From: an uncultured bacterium
GTDB lineage: Bacteria > Krumholzibacteriota > Krumholzibacteriia > LZORAL124-64-63
NCBI GenBank assembly: GCA_963732385.1
Contig: CAVSZB010000008.1
Span: forward strand, 192,001 to 256,000
Reading direction: 5' to 3'
DNA: 64,000 nt
Shown here: piece after piece, positions 48,241-57,656 of the stretch
How the letters are laid out: each line of letters opens with the position of its first letter
Position numbering within the stretch: position 1 is the first letter of the stretch
Notes under the pieces: generated by a model
Database searches by the model: none
Told to the model about the DNA's origin: nothing
What the model saw: the letters and a program-made list of their open reading frames with translations, nothing else
Position numbers and translations under genes: made by a program

Positions 48241-49917
48241 ATGATCAGATTCAGACCCGCACGGGTCCTGCTTCGCGGGGCGGCCTTCCCGGTCCTGATA
48301 TGTGCGGCTGCCGCCTGGTTGTTTTCCCCGCTCACGAACGCCCGGGCCGGCATCGACGACAACTTCGAATGGAAGAACGGCAAGCGGGTCCTCTACATCA
48401 AGATCGCGGACGAGAACGCGACCCTTGGCGGGGTGAACATCAAGACCGTCATGGATGCGGCCATCTCCAACTGGAACAACATTTCACCGCCTACCGGCTG
48501 GACCCTGCGGTACCACCTGCCCGGGGAGAACGAGGACATCAAGGTGTCGGTCGGCACCATCACCGACTCCTCCGGGGCACAGAGCAAGTCTGGCGGCGCC
48601 TGCGTGAGCGGGTTCACCGGCAAGAATGTCGAGGGGCTGAAGCTCGAGTTCGATCCCAAGCCGAAGGAGGGGTATCGCTGGGGGCAGACCGGGAGCGACA
48701 AGCTCGATCCGGTGGTGGTGGCCAAGCACGAGCTGAGCCATTGCATGCGCCTCGATCACGAGGGGGGGGTGGACACGGGAAATCTGGCCGATCCCGTGAC
48801 GCCTGGAAACCACAACCACACCCCGTCCGAGCGGGACAAGAAGCACGTGAGCAAGGCGGCGGCGATCGCGCAGAAGGCTGTCGTCGCCCTGGTCCAGCCC
48901 GGCCTGCCGGCGGCCCTGACGCTGCTCGACTGGTCGCACTGCGAGAACGAGATAGACGAGTATCCCTTCCTCGCTCTGGTGAACATGGAAACCCGGCTGC
49001 TGCTCGGTCCTGACGCCGTCGTGCAGCCGGGGGAAATCCAGATGACCCTCGCCGCCGGTGCGAACGTGCCGCCACCCTGGCCGATGCCGGGTTTGCACGA
49101 GCGGTTCGTTCGTGGTCTCTGGGCGGTCACGCCCGACAGTGTTCAGAGCGGTCCCGGGCTGATGGAGGTGCAGATCCCGTACTTCGACGGGGTGACCGAC
49201 ATGGATCCCTGCCTGCCGGAGGAGCTGCTCGACCTTGCCAATCCGCAGTGGGGCCGGATCGTCGATGAAATGACGCTCTATCCCGTCATCTGGAACCCTG
49301 TTCTGGAGGAGTGGACCGACCTGAGGGGGGTGGCTCAGGGGTTCGCCGTCGATCCCGGTCAGAACCTGGTCCACTTCGCGCTGCCCGTCAATCTGCTGAC
49401 CGCCTTCCCCGACGGTGATGGCCACTTTGTCACCTGCCTCGGCGTCGGCGGGCCGTTCGAATACCCTGACTGCAATGGCAATGGCATCGACGACGGGGAA
49501 GAGCTGGGACAAAACTACGAGTTCGACTGCAACGAGAACTGGACCCTGGATGCGTGTGATATCGCCTCCGGCTATTCGCTGGACCTGAACCTGAACGGGA
49601 TCCCGGACGAGTGCGAAACGACCGGCGTGCCCGAGCGGATCGGTCCGCGACTGCTGGGCGCCTACCCGAACCCGTTCAACCCCCGCACCACGATCCGCTT
49701 CGAACTCCCGGACGCCGGACCGGTACGGCTGGCGATCTACGATGTCCTCGGGGGATTGATCCGGACTCTCGTAGACAAGGAGTTGCCCGCGGGCAGCCAC
49801 GAAGCGGTCTGGGACGGAAAAGATTTGTCAGGCCGGGCAATTTCCTCGGGGAGTTACCTGGCCAGGCTGGAAGCAGGGGGGAAAGTAGAGGGGGTCCGCC
49901 TCAGCCTCGTGCGGTAG
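48241..49917 (+). CDS. Secreted zinc metalloprotease (metzincin-like) with DCNxNG repeats and FlgD-Ig C-terminal domain
   Basis: Signal peptide, HELSHCMRLDH, DCNGNGIDD/DCNEN/DLNLNGIPDEC, PNPFNP..WDG..SGSY. Confidence 0.8.
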   Translation: MIRFRPARVLLRGAAFPVLICAAAAWLFSPLTNARAGIDDNFEWKNGKRVLYIKIADENATLGGVNIKTVMDAAISNWNNISPPTGWTLRYHLPGENEDIKVSVGTITDSSGAQSKSGGACVSGFTGKNVEGLKLEFDPKPKEGYRWGQTGSDKLDPVVVAKHELSHCMRLDHEGGVDTGNLADPVTPGNHNHTPSERDKKHVSKAAAIAQKAVVALVQPGLPAALTLLDWSHCENEIDEYPFLALVNMETRLLLGPDAVVQPGEIQMTLAAGANVPPPWPMPGLHERFVRGLWAVTPDSVQSGPGLMEVQIPYFDGVTDMDPCLPEELLDLANPQWGRIVDEMTLYPVIWNPVLEEWTDLRGVAQGFAVDPGQNLVHFALPVNLLTAFPDGDGHFVTCLGVGGPFEYPDCNGNGIDDGEELGQNYEFDCNENWTLDACDIASGYSLDLNLNGIPDECETTGVPERIGPRLLGAYPNPFNPRTTIRFELPDAGPVRLAIYDVLGGLIRTLVDKELPAGSHEAVWDGKDLSGRAISSGSYLARLEAGGKVEGVRLSLVR

Positions 49918-49934
49918 CGGCGGCATGTTCCGGG

Positions 49935-49963
49935 ACCCCGGGGAGGGCAACTCCCCGGGGTTT
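49935..49963 (+). terminator. Intrinsic terminator candidate
   Basis: ACCCCGGGGAG-ggcaa-CTCCCCGGGGT followed by TT. Confidence 0.65.
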
Positions 49964-50113
49964 CCCGGCGCCAGCATCAGGGTCAGATCCACGCTGCGTC
50001 TTGGCTTCGTCCGCACCAGGTGCTAGAATGCGCGCCGGCCTGACCGGAAACGTGGGATCGACCCGGCGACGCCTGGCCAAGCCGGGTCCATAGCTGCCGA
50101 AGGAGAGAACGCA

Positions 50114-51067
50114 ATGCTGAACAAGATCGGACTGGTGGGCGGGGGGCAGATCGGCGGGGTGTTGGCGGCGGAGATCGCGCGGCGGCGGCTGGCGCGTCAG
50201 GTCGGCCTCGTCGACGTCAAGGGGCCCGACGTGGCGAAGGGGAAGTGTCTCGACATCGCCGAGGGATTGCCGGCGATCGGGATCGACGTCGATTTCGAGG
50301 GAGGCAAGGATTACTCGGTGCTCAAGGGCGCCGAATTCGTCATCAACACGGCCGGCGTGCCGCGCACGGTGCGGCCGGACGGCACCTTCCCGAGCCGGGA
50401 GGAGCTGCTCGCCACGAACCTGACGATCACCGACGCGGTGGCGACCGGCGTGAAGAAATACTGCCCGAAGGCGTTCATCATCTCGGTCGCCAATCCGCTC
50501 GACGCGATCGTGTACCGGCTCTACAAGCAGCTGGGCGTGCCCAAGAACCGGATTCTCGGCATGGCCGGCGTGCTCGATTCGTCCCGCTACCGCTACTTCG
50601 TGGCGAAGGCGGCCGGCGTGTCAGTGGAGAATGTCGAGGCCGTGGTGCTCGGCGGACACGGCGACGACATGGTGCCGGTGCGTTCCTGCTGCCGCATCGC
50701 CGGCATGCCGGTCGAGGATTTCCTCGACGCGGCGACGCTCGACGCGATCGAGGCGCGCACGCGCAAGGCGGGCGGCGAGGTCGTCGGGCTGCTCGGCAGC
50801 GGGTCGGCGTTCGTCAGCCCGGCCTGGTCCGCGCTCGAGATGCTCGAGGCGATCGCCTATGACAAGAAGAAGATCCTGGCCGTCTGCACGCTGCTCGAAG
50901 GGGAGTACGGGGTGGACGGGCTGTTCGTCGGGGTGCCGGCGATCCTCGGCCGAGGCGGCGTGGAGAAGATCGTGCAGATCAAACTGACCTCCGCCGAGAC
51001 GACCGCCCTGCAGAAGTCGGTGGCGGCGGTCCGCAAGACCTGCGCCGAAGTGGACGCCTTCAAGTAG
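50114..51067 (+). CDS. mdh: LDH-like malate dehydrogenase with catalytic-loop insertion
   Basis: GGGQIG, GKCLD, TAGVPR, NPLD, GMAGVLDSSR, GGHGD, GSAFVSP. Confidence 0.85.
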   Translation: MLNKIGLVGGGQIGGVLAAEIARRRLARQVGLVDVKGPDVAKGKCLDIAEGLPAIGIDVDFEGGKDYSVLKGAEFVINTAGVPRTVRPDGTFPSREELLATNLTITDAVATGVKKYCPKAFIISVANPLDAIVYRLYKQLGVPKNRILGMAGVLDSSRYRYFVAKAAGVSVENVEAVVLGGHGDDMVPVRSCCRIAGMPVEDFLDAATLDAIEARTRKAGGEVVGLLGSGSAFVSPAWSALEMLEAIAYDKKKILAVCTLLEGEYGVDGLFVGVPAILGRGGVEKIVQIKLTSAETTALQKSVAAVRKTCAEVDAFK

Positions 51068-51091
51068 CGCGTCGCACAGCCTGATGGCCTG

Positions 51092-51127
51092 ACCGCGCCC
51101 TCGCCGCATCGGCGGCGGGGGCGCGGT
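51092..51127. terminator. Hairpin between convergent genes
   Basis: 16-bp stem with one G-U pair and a 4-nt loop. Confidence 0.6.
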
Positions 51128-51140
51128 TGCGTTGGGCTGC

Positions 51141-52382
51141 TCAGATCGCAGGGAGTCCCTTGCCGGGGTCCTTGAGCCCGTGCCCCGTGATCAGCGCCAC
51201 GACCGTTTCGGCGGGGCCGATCCAGCCGCGGGCGCGGGCGGCGATGATGCCGGCGAGGGCGGTGGCGGCCGACGGCTCGGCCCACAGCCCCGCCAGGCGG
51301 GCGAGCAGGCCGATCGCCGCCAGGATGTCCGTATCCGGCACGGACAGGAAGGCGCCGCCCGAGGCGGCGACGGTGCGCCACGCCTTGACGCGGTTGCGGG
51401 GGATGCCGACCGCGATGGAGTCGGCCACGGTGTGGGCGACGACCGGGGTGACGGCGCGGAGGATGGCGGCGCTGTCGAGCGCGACGGGGTCGGCAGTGGC
51501 GGCCCAGGCGCGGGCGAGGGGCGCGGCGCCGGCGGCCTGCACGCCGTAGACGCGGGGGCGTTTCGCCGTCAGGCCGAGCGCGTGCAACTCGGCGAATGCC
51601 TTGGCCACGGACGAGACGATGCAGCCGTCGCCGACGGGGACGAAGACGGCGTCGGGGACGTCAAACCCCAGAGCGAGCGCGATTTCCAGCGCGGCGGTCT
51701 TCTTGCCCTCGACGAGGATCGGGTTGTGGGCGCAGTTGCGGCTGTACCAGCCGTGCGCCGCGATCTCCCGCAGCGAAAGGTCGAAAGCCTCGTCGTAGGT
51801 GCCTTCGACGCGGATGACGTCGGCGCCGTGCACGACGAGTTGCGCCAGTTTGGCGGCCGGCGCGGCGGCGGGGACGAAGATCGTGGCGGACAGGCCGGCG
51901 CGCGCGGCGAGCACGGCGAGGCTGGCGGCGGCGTTGCCGGTCGAGGCGCAGGCCAGGTGCGACGCGCCGAGGGACAGGGCGTGGACGACGCCCATCGCGG
52001 CGGCGCGGTCCTTGAGGCTGGCCGAAGGGAGGCCGGTGTCGTCTTTCAGGAAGAGGCGGGGCAGGTCGAGCGCCTCGCGCAGGCGGCGCGGCGCGTAAAG
52101 CGGCGTGTCGCCGAGCGACCAGGCGGGATCGGGACCGGGGGGCGCGATCGGCAGCAGCGGCGCGAAGCGCCAGAGGTCGGGGCGGCCGCGGGCGGGGAAG
52201 GGATCGGCGCGGTCGAGATCGCGCGAGACGCCGGCGTAGTCGTAGACCGCGTCGAGGATGCCGTCGATGCCGCAGCGGTCGCAGACGAAGCCGGCGTGGT
52301 CGCGCGGGAAGTCGCGCGCGCAGACGACGCACCGCCAGCCGAGCCAGTGCGGGTTCTGTGCGCCGTGGGCGACAGCGCTCAT
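51141..52382 (-). CDS. Threonine synthase-like fold-type II PLP enzyme
   Basis: N-terminal CxxC..CxxC, GDTPL, PSASLKDR, ASTGNA, EGKKT, VPVGDG, EPSAA, TGHGLKD. Confidence 0.88.
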   Translation of the reverse strand: MSAVAHGAQNPHWLGWRCVVCARDFPRDHAGFVCDRCGIDGILDAVYDYAGVSRDLDRADPFPARGRPDLWRFAPLLPIAPPGPDPAWSLGDTPLYAPRRLREALDLPRLFLKDDTGLPSASLKDRAAAMGVVHALSLGASHLACASTGNAAASLAVLAARAGLSATIFVPAAAPAAKLAQLVVHGADVIRVEGTYDEAFDLSLREIAAHGWYSRNCAHNPILVEGKKTAALEIALALGFDVPDAVFVPVGDGCIVSSVAKAFAELHALGLTAKRPRVYGVQAAGAAPLARAWAATADPVALDSAAILRAVTPVVAHTVADSIAVGIPRNRVKAWRTVAASGGAFLSVPDTDILAAIGLLARLAGLWAEPSAATALAGIIAARARGWIGPAETVVALITGHGLKDPGKGLPAI

Positions 52383-52660
52383 TTCGGTTGCCCCGCCGCC
52401 GGAGGATCGCCGGGGCGCCACGTTTCGCTCGAGATGCGTTTGATCCGCTCGCGGACTTCGTCGGGCGTCAGCACCCCCTTCTCGACCAGCAGCTGCAGGA
52501 GCGCGTCGGACGCAAGCTTGGTGCCGAGCGCCAGCTCGCGCACCGTGACGTCTCGACGCTGCCCGTCCTGCACGATCGAGAAGGCGAGTTCGCCGGGGGG
52601 GGGGCCGGGAGCGGCCTGCGGCGGGTCGCCCCCGAACAGTCTGCGCCAGCGGCCGGTCAC
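52379..52660 (-). CDS. Small hypothetical protein (93 aa)
   Basis: Fills the gap between the carbamoyltransferase and the thrC-like gene; ATGA overlap; ALLQLLVEKGVLTPDEV. Confidence 0.65.
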   Translation of the reverse strand: MTGRWRRLFGGDPPQAAPGPPPGELAFSIVQDGQRRDVTVRELALGTKLASDALLQLLVEKGVLTPDEVRERIKRISSETWRPGDPPAAGQPK

Positions 52661-52662
52661 GG

Positions 52663-53640
52663 CTACATCGTCAAGGCCATGATGGCCTTGGCGGTGTGCA
52701 GGCGGTTCTCGGCCTGGTCCCAGACGACCGACTGCGGGCCGTCGATGACCGCGTCGGTCACCTCGAGACCGCGGCTCGCCGGCAGCGGGTGCATGTAGAT
52801 CGCCTCCGGACGCGCGAGTTTCATGCGGCGCTCGTCGCAGATCCAGCCAGGATATTTCTCGATCACCTTCACGGCCGCCTCGCGCACCGGCTCGTGGACC
52901 AGGCAGCCCCACGATTTCGGGTAGACGACCGAGGCGCCCTCGAACGCCGCGTCCATGTCGTCGGTGATCTCGAACTTCGTGCCCATGCGCGCGGCGTTGG
53001 CCCGCGCCCGCGCCAGGATCTCCGGCTCGAGTTTGAACTCCGGCGGATGGGCGAGCACGACGTCGAGGCCGGCGCGCGTCATCATCAGGATCTCGGACTG
53101 CGGCACGGAGATCGGGCGCACGTAGTTGGGCGCGTACGTCCAGGAGACGACGATCCGGCGGCCCCGCAGTTCAGACCCGAACTTCTCGCGCACCGTCATG
53201 AGATCGGCCGCGGCCTGGCACGGGTGGAATTTGTCGCACTGCATGTTGATGACGGGGACGCGGCTGATGGCCGCCACGCTGCGCATGAAGGCGTTCCCGT
53301 TGCCCCAGTCGCAGTTGCGGATGGCGATGCCGTGGCCGTAGCGCGACAGCACATGCGCGGTGTCCTGCGCGGTTTCGCCGTGGCTCATCTGCAGCTTCTC
53401 GGGCGTGAGGTCGTGGGCGTGGCCGCCGAGCTGGGTCATGCCGGCCTCGAACGAGTTGCGCGTGCGCGTGCTCTGCTCGAAGAACAGCATGAACAGCGTG
53501 CGGTCGCGCAGCAGGGCGTGCGGCTCGTCACGGTAGAACTTGCGCTTGAGGTCGCCGGCCGTCGCGAGCATCAGCTCCATTTCGTGGTCGGCCCACTCCT
53601 CGGTGTCGATGTAGTGGCGTCCGCGCAGCGGTTTGCTCAT
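52663..53640 (-). CDS. Knotted-type carbamoyltransferase (YgeW/AOTCase-like)
   Basis: STRT, HPCQ, SWTYAPNYVRPISVPQ, YPKSWG, MHPLP, QAENR. Confidence 0.85.
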   Translation of the reverse strand: MSKPLRGRHYIDTEEWADHEMELMLATAGDLKRKFYRDEPHALLRDRTLFMLFFEQSTRTRNSFEAGMTQLGGHAHDLTPEKLQMSHGETAQDTAHVLSRYGHGIAIRNCDWGNGNAFMRSVAAISRVPVINMQCDKFHPCQAAADLMTVREKFGSELRGRRIVVSWTYAPNYVRPISVPQSEILMMTRAGLDVVLAHPPEFKLEPEILARARANAARMGTKFEITDDMDAAFEGASVVYPKSWGCLVHEPVREAAVKVIEKYPGWICDERRMKLARPEAIYMHPLPASRGLEVTDAVIDGPQSVVWDQAENRLHTAKAIMALTM

Positions 53641-53677
53641 CGTCGTTCTCTCCTTGGGTCGGTGGCGCCGCGGGGCC

Positions 53678-54898
53678 TCAGGGGCAGGGGGCCGCGGCGG
53701 TGAAAGCGTCAGGGAACGCGGCGTAGAAGGCGCTGGCCGCGACGAGATCGTCGATCGGCACGTGCTCGTCGGGCGCGTGCGCCTGCGCCTCCTGCCCCGG
53801 TCCGAAGCCGACGCAGGGCACGCCGTGCATCCCGGCGATCGCCACGCCGTTCGTGCTGAAGGTCCAGCGGCTCACGACGGGGTCGCGGCCGAACAGGCCG
53901 GCGTGGGCCGCCACGCCGGCGCGCACCGCCGGGTGCGTTTCCGGCATGAGCCACGTGGGGAAATACTTCTCCATCGGGTAGACGAGTCCCTGCCACGACG
54001 GCACCTCGTAGACCAGCGTGCGCACCTGCGCCTCCGGCACGCCGGCCGCGGCGACCGTTTCGCGCACCTCGCGCAGGGCGAGTTCGCGGTCCTCGCCGGC
54101 GGTGAGGCGGCGGTCGATGTGCAGTTCGCAGCGGTCGGCCACGGCGCAGAGGCTGGGCGATTCGGAGCCGATCCAGGTGACGCAGCAGGTGCCCTTGCCG
54201 AGGAAGTCGTCGTGGCGCAGGCGGTCGTTGAGCGCCGCGATCGCCGGTACCGCGGGGGCCAGTTTGGTGATGGCGTTGTCGCCGCGCTCGGGGGCCGAGC
54301 CGTGGCAGGAGCGGCCGGTGGCCGCCACGCGGATCTCCATGCGGCCGCGCTGGCCACGCGTGAGCGTCAGCCCGGTCGGCTCCGTGGAGACGACCACCTC
54401 AGGCTTCAGCACGCCCTCCTGCAGGATGTAGTGCCAGCAGAGGCCGTCGCAGTCCTCCTCCATCACTGAGCCGACCATCCAGACCTGGCAATCGCGGGCG
54501 AGGCCCAGCTCGCGGATGATGCGGCCGGCGGTGATCATGCCGGCCATGCCGGCCTTCTGGTCGACGGCGCCACGTCCGTACACGCGGCCGAAGGCGACCT
54601 CGCCGCCGAGCGGTTCGTAGGACCACTGCTCGGGGTCGCCGAGGCCGACCGTGTCGAGGTGGGCGTCGAAAGCCACCACGCGCGGGCCGTCGCCGAGACG
54701 GCCGAGCACGTTGCCGAGGCCGTCGATGCGCACTTCGTCGAAACCGGCGTCCTTCATCTCGTCGGCCACGCGCTCGACCACGCGCGCCTCCCCGCCCGAG
54801 GGGCTCGGGATGCGCACGAGGTCGCACAGAAGGGCGGTGGTCGCGTCGCGCAGTTCGCGGGCGCGGGCCATGATCTCCTGATGACGTTGATGGCTCAT
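53678..54898 (-). CDS. ygeY: YgeY-family M20 metallohydrolase
   Basis: DAHLDTV, GRGAVDQK, EEDCDGLCW, GQRGRMEI, SCHGSAPERGDNAI, WTFSTNGV, AHAPDE. Confidence 0.9.
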   Translation of the reverse strand: MSHQRHQEIMARARELRDATTALLCDLVRIPSPSGGEARVVERVADEMKDAGFDEVRIDGLGNVLGRLGDGPRVVAFDAHLDTVGLGDPEQWSYEPLGGEVAFGRVYGRGAVDQKAGMAGMITAGRIIRELGLARDCQVWMVGSVMEEDCDGLCWHYILQEGVLKPEVVVSTEPTGLTLTRGQRGRMEIRVAATGRSCHGSAPERGDNAITKLAPAVPAIAALNDRLRHDDFLGKGTCCVTWIGSESPSLCAVADRCELHIDRRLTAGEDRELALREVRETVAAAGVPEAQVRTLVYEVPSWQGLVYPMEKYFPTWLMPETHPAVRAGVAAHAGLFGRDPVVSRWTFSTNGVAIAGMHGVPCVGFGPGQEAQAHAPDEHVPIDDLVAASAFYAAFPDAFTAAAPCP

Positions 54899-56349
54899 GC
54901 CTTCGCTCCCCGTCGTCCGCCGCGCATGATTTCCCACACGCGTCGCGCCGCCGCCTGGCAGCGCGCGGCCTCGAGCGGGGCCGGGTCGCCGGCGCGGTAG
55001 ACGCGCCGTCCGCCGACGTACACTTCGGCGATCTGCGAAGCGTGGAATCCGAACAGCATCAGGCTGAGCCAGTTGTCCGGATCGAGCGGTGTGCGCGTGA
55101 AGGCCTGCCCGACGAGGAAGTCGGCCGGGGCGCCGGTGTCGAGCGCGCCGAACGGTTCGCCGAACACCTCGCGCGCGAGGCGGTAGCCGCCGAGCCAGAG
55201 GCGCGCCGCGCCGGAGAAACCGAGCGGCCCGCGGCCCGGCTCGTTGCCGCGGAAGAAGGTGGCGCGCGCTTCGGCCCACATATTGTCGTCGAGGCCGTCG
55301 GTGCCGAAGCAGGAGCGGGCCGGAAAACGGTCCACCGGGGCGCGGCCCACGCCGTTGTTCATGTTCGACCGGCCGGCGTGCGCCAGCCACGCGCCGCGCT
55401 CCTCGATCGCCGCCAGATCGAGCGGCGTGAGGTCGACGCCGTGCGCGAACAGGCTGCCGGAGCGGACGAGCCCGTAGTCGAGCAGTCGTTCGAGCGGATC
55501 CTTCCAGCCGCGATCCTGGCTCACCTCGCGGTCGGTCGTGCCCTCGGCGAGATGCATGTGCACGCCGACGCGGTGCGTGTCGCAGAGCCGGGCCAAAGCG
55601 CCGAGCGTTTCGTCCTCGAGCGTGAAGCTGGCGTGGGCGCCGACGATGCCGCGGAAGCGCGGCACGCCGCCGTCGGGGCGGCCGGCGATCCGGCGCAGGT
55701 AGCGGTCGTTCTCCTCGAGCGTCATGTCGCGGCCGCCCGGTCCGGCGCGGTCGGTCACCTCGTAGCAGAGGCAGGCGCGCAGGCCGACGAGGTCGATTCC
55801 CTCCTCGATGCGGTCGAGGGAGCCGCCGACGGCGGTGAGGCTGGAGTGGTGGTCGAACAACAGGGTCGTGCCGCTGCGCACCGCCTCCCAGGCGCCCGCC
55901 GCGGCCGAGAGGTAGATGGCCTCGGCATCGAGCGCGCGGTCGAGCGGCCACCAGATCTCGGTGAGGATTTCGGTGAACGAGCGCGGCACCTGGCGCGGAG
56001 CCGGCATGCCGGGGGCGAGGGAGGCGTACAGGTGCGTGTGGCCGTTCACGTTGCCCGGCAGGACATTCGCTCCGGACAGGTCGATGACGGTCTCTCCCGG
56101 TTCGGGCGCCAGACCGACGCCACGCGCCACGATCCGGTCGCCGCGCACGCGCAGATCGACCGTCTCGACGCGGGGGCTGGGGTCGGCGCGCAGGTCGAGC
56201 GGGTAGTAGTCCAGGACGCGGCCGTTGCGCAACAGGATGCGCGGCTCCGGGCCGGTGTCATCGGGAAGCGCAGTCGCGCCGGAATCGGCTGTCGAGCGCA
56301 AGAGGCCCTCCTCGCGGGCGGCAGGGATGGGAAATCGCTGGTCTGCCAA
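54895..56349 (-). CDS. ssnA: SsnA-like amidohydrolase
   Basis: HTHLY, DHHSS, CYEVTDR, GAHASFTL, HLAEG, SNMNNGVG, GTDG. Confidence 0.82.
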   Translation of the reverse strand: MADQRFPIPAAREEGLLRSTADSGATALPDDTGPEPRILLRNGRVLDYYPLDLRADPSPRVETVDLRVRGDRIVARGVGLAPEPGETVIDLSGANVLPGNVNGHTHLYASLAPGMPAPRQVPRSFTEILTEIWWPLDRALDAEAIYLSAAAGAWEAVRSGTTLLFDHHSSLTAVGGSLDRIEEGIDLVGLRACLCYEVTDRAGPGGRDMTLEENDRYLRRIAGRPDGGVPRFRGIVGAHASFTLEDETLGALARLCDTHRVGVHMHLAEGTTDREVSQDRGWKDPLERLLDYGLVRSGSLFAHGVDLTPLDLAAIEERGAWLAHAGRSNMNNGVGRAPVDRFPARSCFGTDGLDDNMWAEARATFFRGNEPGRGPLGFSGAARLWLGGYRLAREVFGEPFGALDTGAPADFLVGQAFTRTPLDPDNWLSLMLFGFHASQIAEVYVGGRRVYRAGDPAPLEAARCQAAARRVWEIMRGGRRGAKA

Positions 56350-56534
56350 CGCTCACGATCGGGGCCGAGGGGAAAAAGTTCAAGCAGGGAAACGTATCGG
56401 GCCGGGAATACGGGCGGCTTTACCGAGCGGCGTGGGGTGAGCGTACGGATGGGGGGTGGGGCGTCGTCCTGACAGAGACTGCTACGGAGGCAACGAGTTC
56501 GCTGCCTGCCGCCGGCGGTGTTGTCCGGAAGCGA

Positions 56535-56562
56535 CGGGGCCGCTCCTGGTGGAACGGCCCCG
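56535..56562 (-). terminator. Hairpin downstream of the DUF4340 gene
   Basis: CGGGGCCGTTCC-acca-GGAGCGGCCCCG on the minus strand. Confidence 0.5.
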
Positions 56563-56603
56563 GGCGTGTTTCGGAGTGGGCGGGAGGTGAGCGGGCGGTC
56601 GCC

Positions 56604-57656
56604 CTACTTCGCGACCAGCAACTCCTCCGTCTTCGGGAAGATCGTGTTGACGAGGGAATCGCGCACGATCCAGATCGTGTTGTCGGCGTCGGTGCGCATG
56701 TAGACGCCGCCCGGCGCATCGCCCAGGGCGGGGCGGGTGGCGCCGAAAAAGAGGGTGAATTCCTTGCCGGTCCGGAAGCGCAGCGTCGCTTTGCGGGCCG
56801 CCTTCCAGAGGCCGTACTCCTCGTAGGAGCCCTGCGGATCGGCCACGTCAGCGGCGCGGACAAGAACGAGGGCATTGAGCACGCCGTCGGCCTTGGACTT
56901 GAGCGCCGGCTTCGCCCTGGGCCGCACCATGCGCCACTCGTAGACGCTGCGGTCGGGGCCGGCCGCCGTCGCCGAGTCGCCGACGGCGACGGCCGGGGAA
57001 GAGGCGGGTGTCTGGATGTCCTTGACCAGTTCGGTGATGCGGCCCTCTTCGTCGAGGATGATCGCATCGACGTCATCGCGCACGGCCTCGTAGGCCTGTA
57101 GCTCGAGGAAGTGTCGGGACTGCGGCTTCGCCGGCCCGCTCCAGAGGCCCATCCCGGTCAGCAGGCTGGAGCCGGAGAGGTAGACCGCGTTGTCGCCGGG
57201 TCGGCGCACGAAGTCGCCCGCGGCGCCGGCCGGCTTCCGGCCGACCAGCAGTCGCAATACCGGTTGGAAGTCCTTGCCGAACACCGCCACGCTGACGGCC
57301 TGTTCGTCACTGAGGCTGTAGTCGGCCAGCACGTCGGCAGATTTCGAGCGGAACTCGCCGCGCAGATCGGACAGGCTCTTGATCAGGTCGTTGACCTTCT
57401 GCTGGCTGGCGGGGTGGCTGAAGGCCGTGCGCACCACCCACTTGTCGGGCAGTCGTTCCAGCACCACGGCAGTGCTGTCCGGGCCCTGGCCGAGCACGAT
57501 GCGGGTCAGTTCGTCCTTCAGGAAGGGCGCCGGCAGCAGCTGGGACTGGGCCGGGCGCGAAACCGCGCGCCGGTGCGAAACCTGCTGCAGGATGCTGACC
57601 AGGATCAGGGCGGCCAGGATGCCGCCCAGGAGAAACAGGTTGCGGTTCCTGATCAT
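56604..57656 (-). CDS. DUF4340-domain protein
   Basis: N-terminal TM; two W....P....A...V..L..L...YGL repeats; follows a GldG-like gene. Confidence 0.8.
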   Translation of the reverse strand: MIRNRNLFLLGGILAALILVSILQQVSHRRAVSRPAQSQLLPAPFLKDELTRIVLGQGPDSTAVVLERLPDKWVVRTAFSHPASQQKVNDLIKSLSDLRGEFRSKSADVLADYSLSDEQAVSVAVFGKDFQPVLRLLVGRKPAGAAGDFVRRPGDNAVYLSGSSLLTGMGLWSGPAKPQSRHFLELQAYEAVRDDVDAIILDEEGRITELVKDIQTPASSPAVAVGDSATAAGPDRSVYEWRMVRPRAKPALKSKADGVLNALVLVRAADVADPQGSYEEYGLWKAARKATLRFRTGKEFTLFFGATRPALGDAPGGVYMRTDADNTIWIVRDSLVNTIFPKTEELLVAK

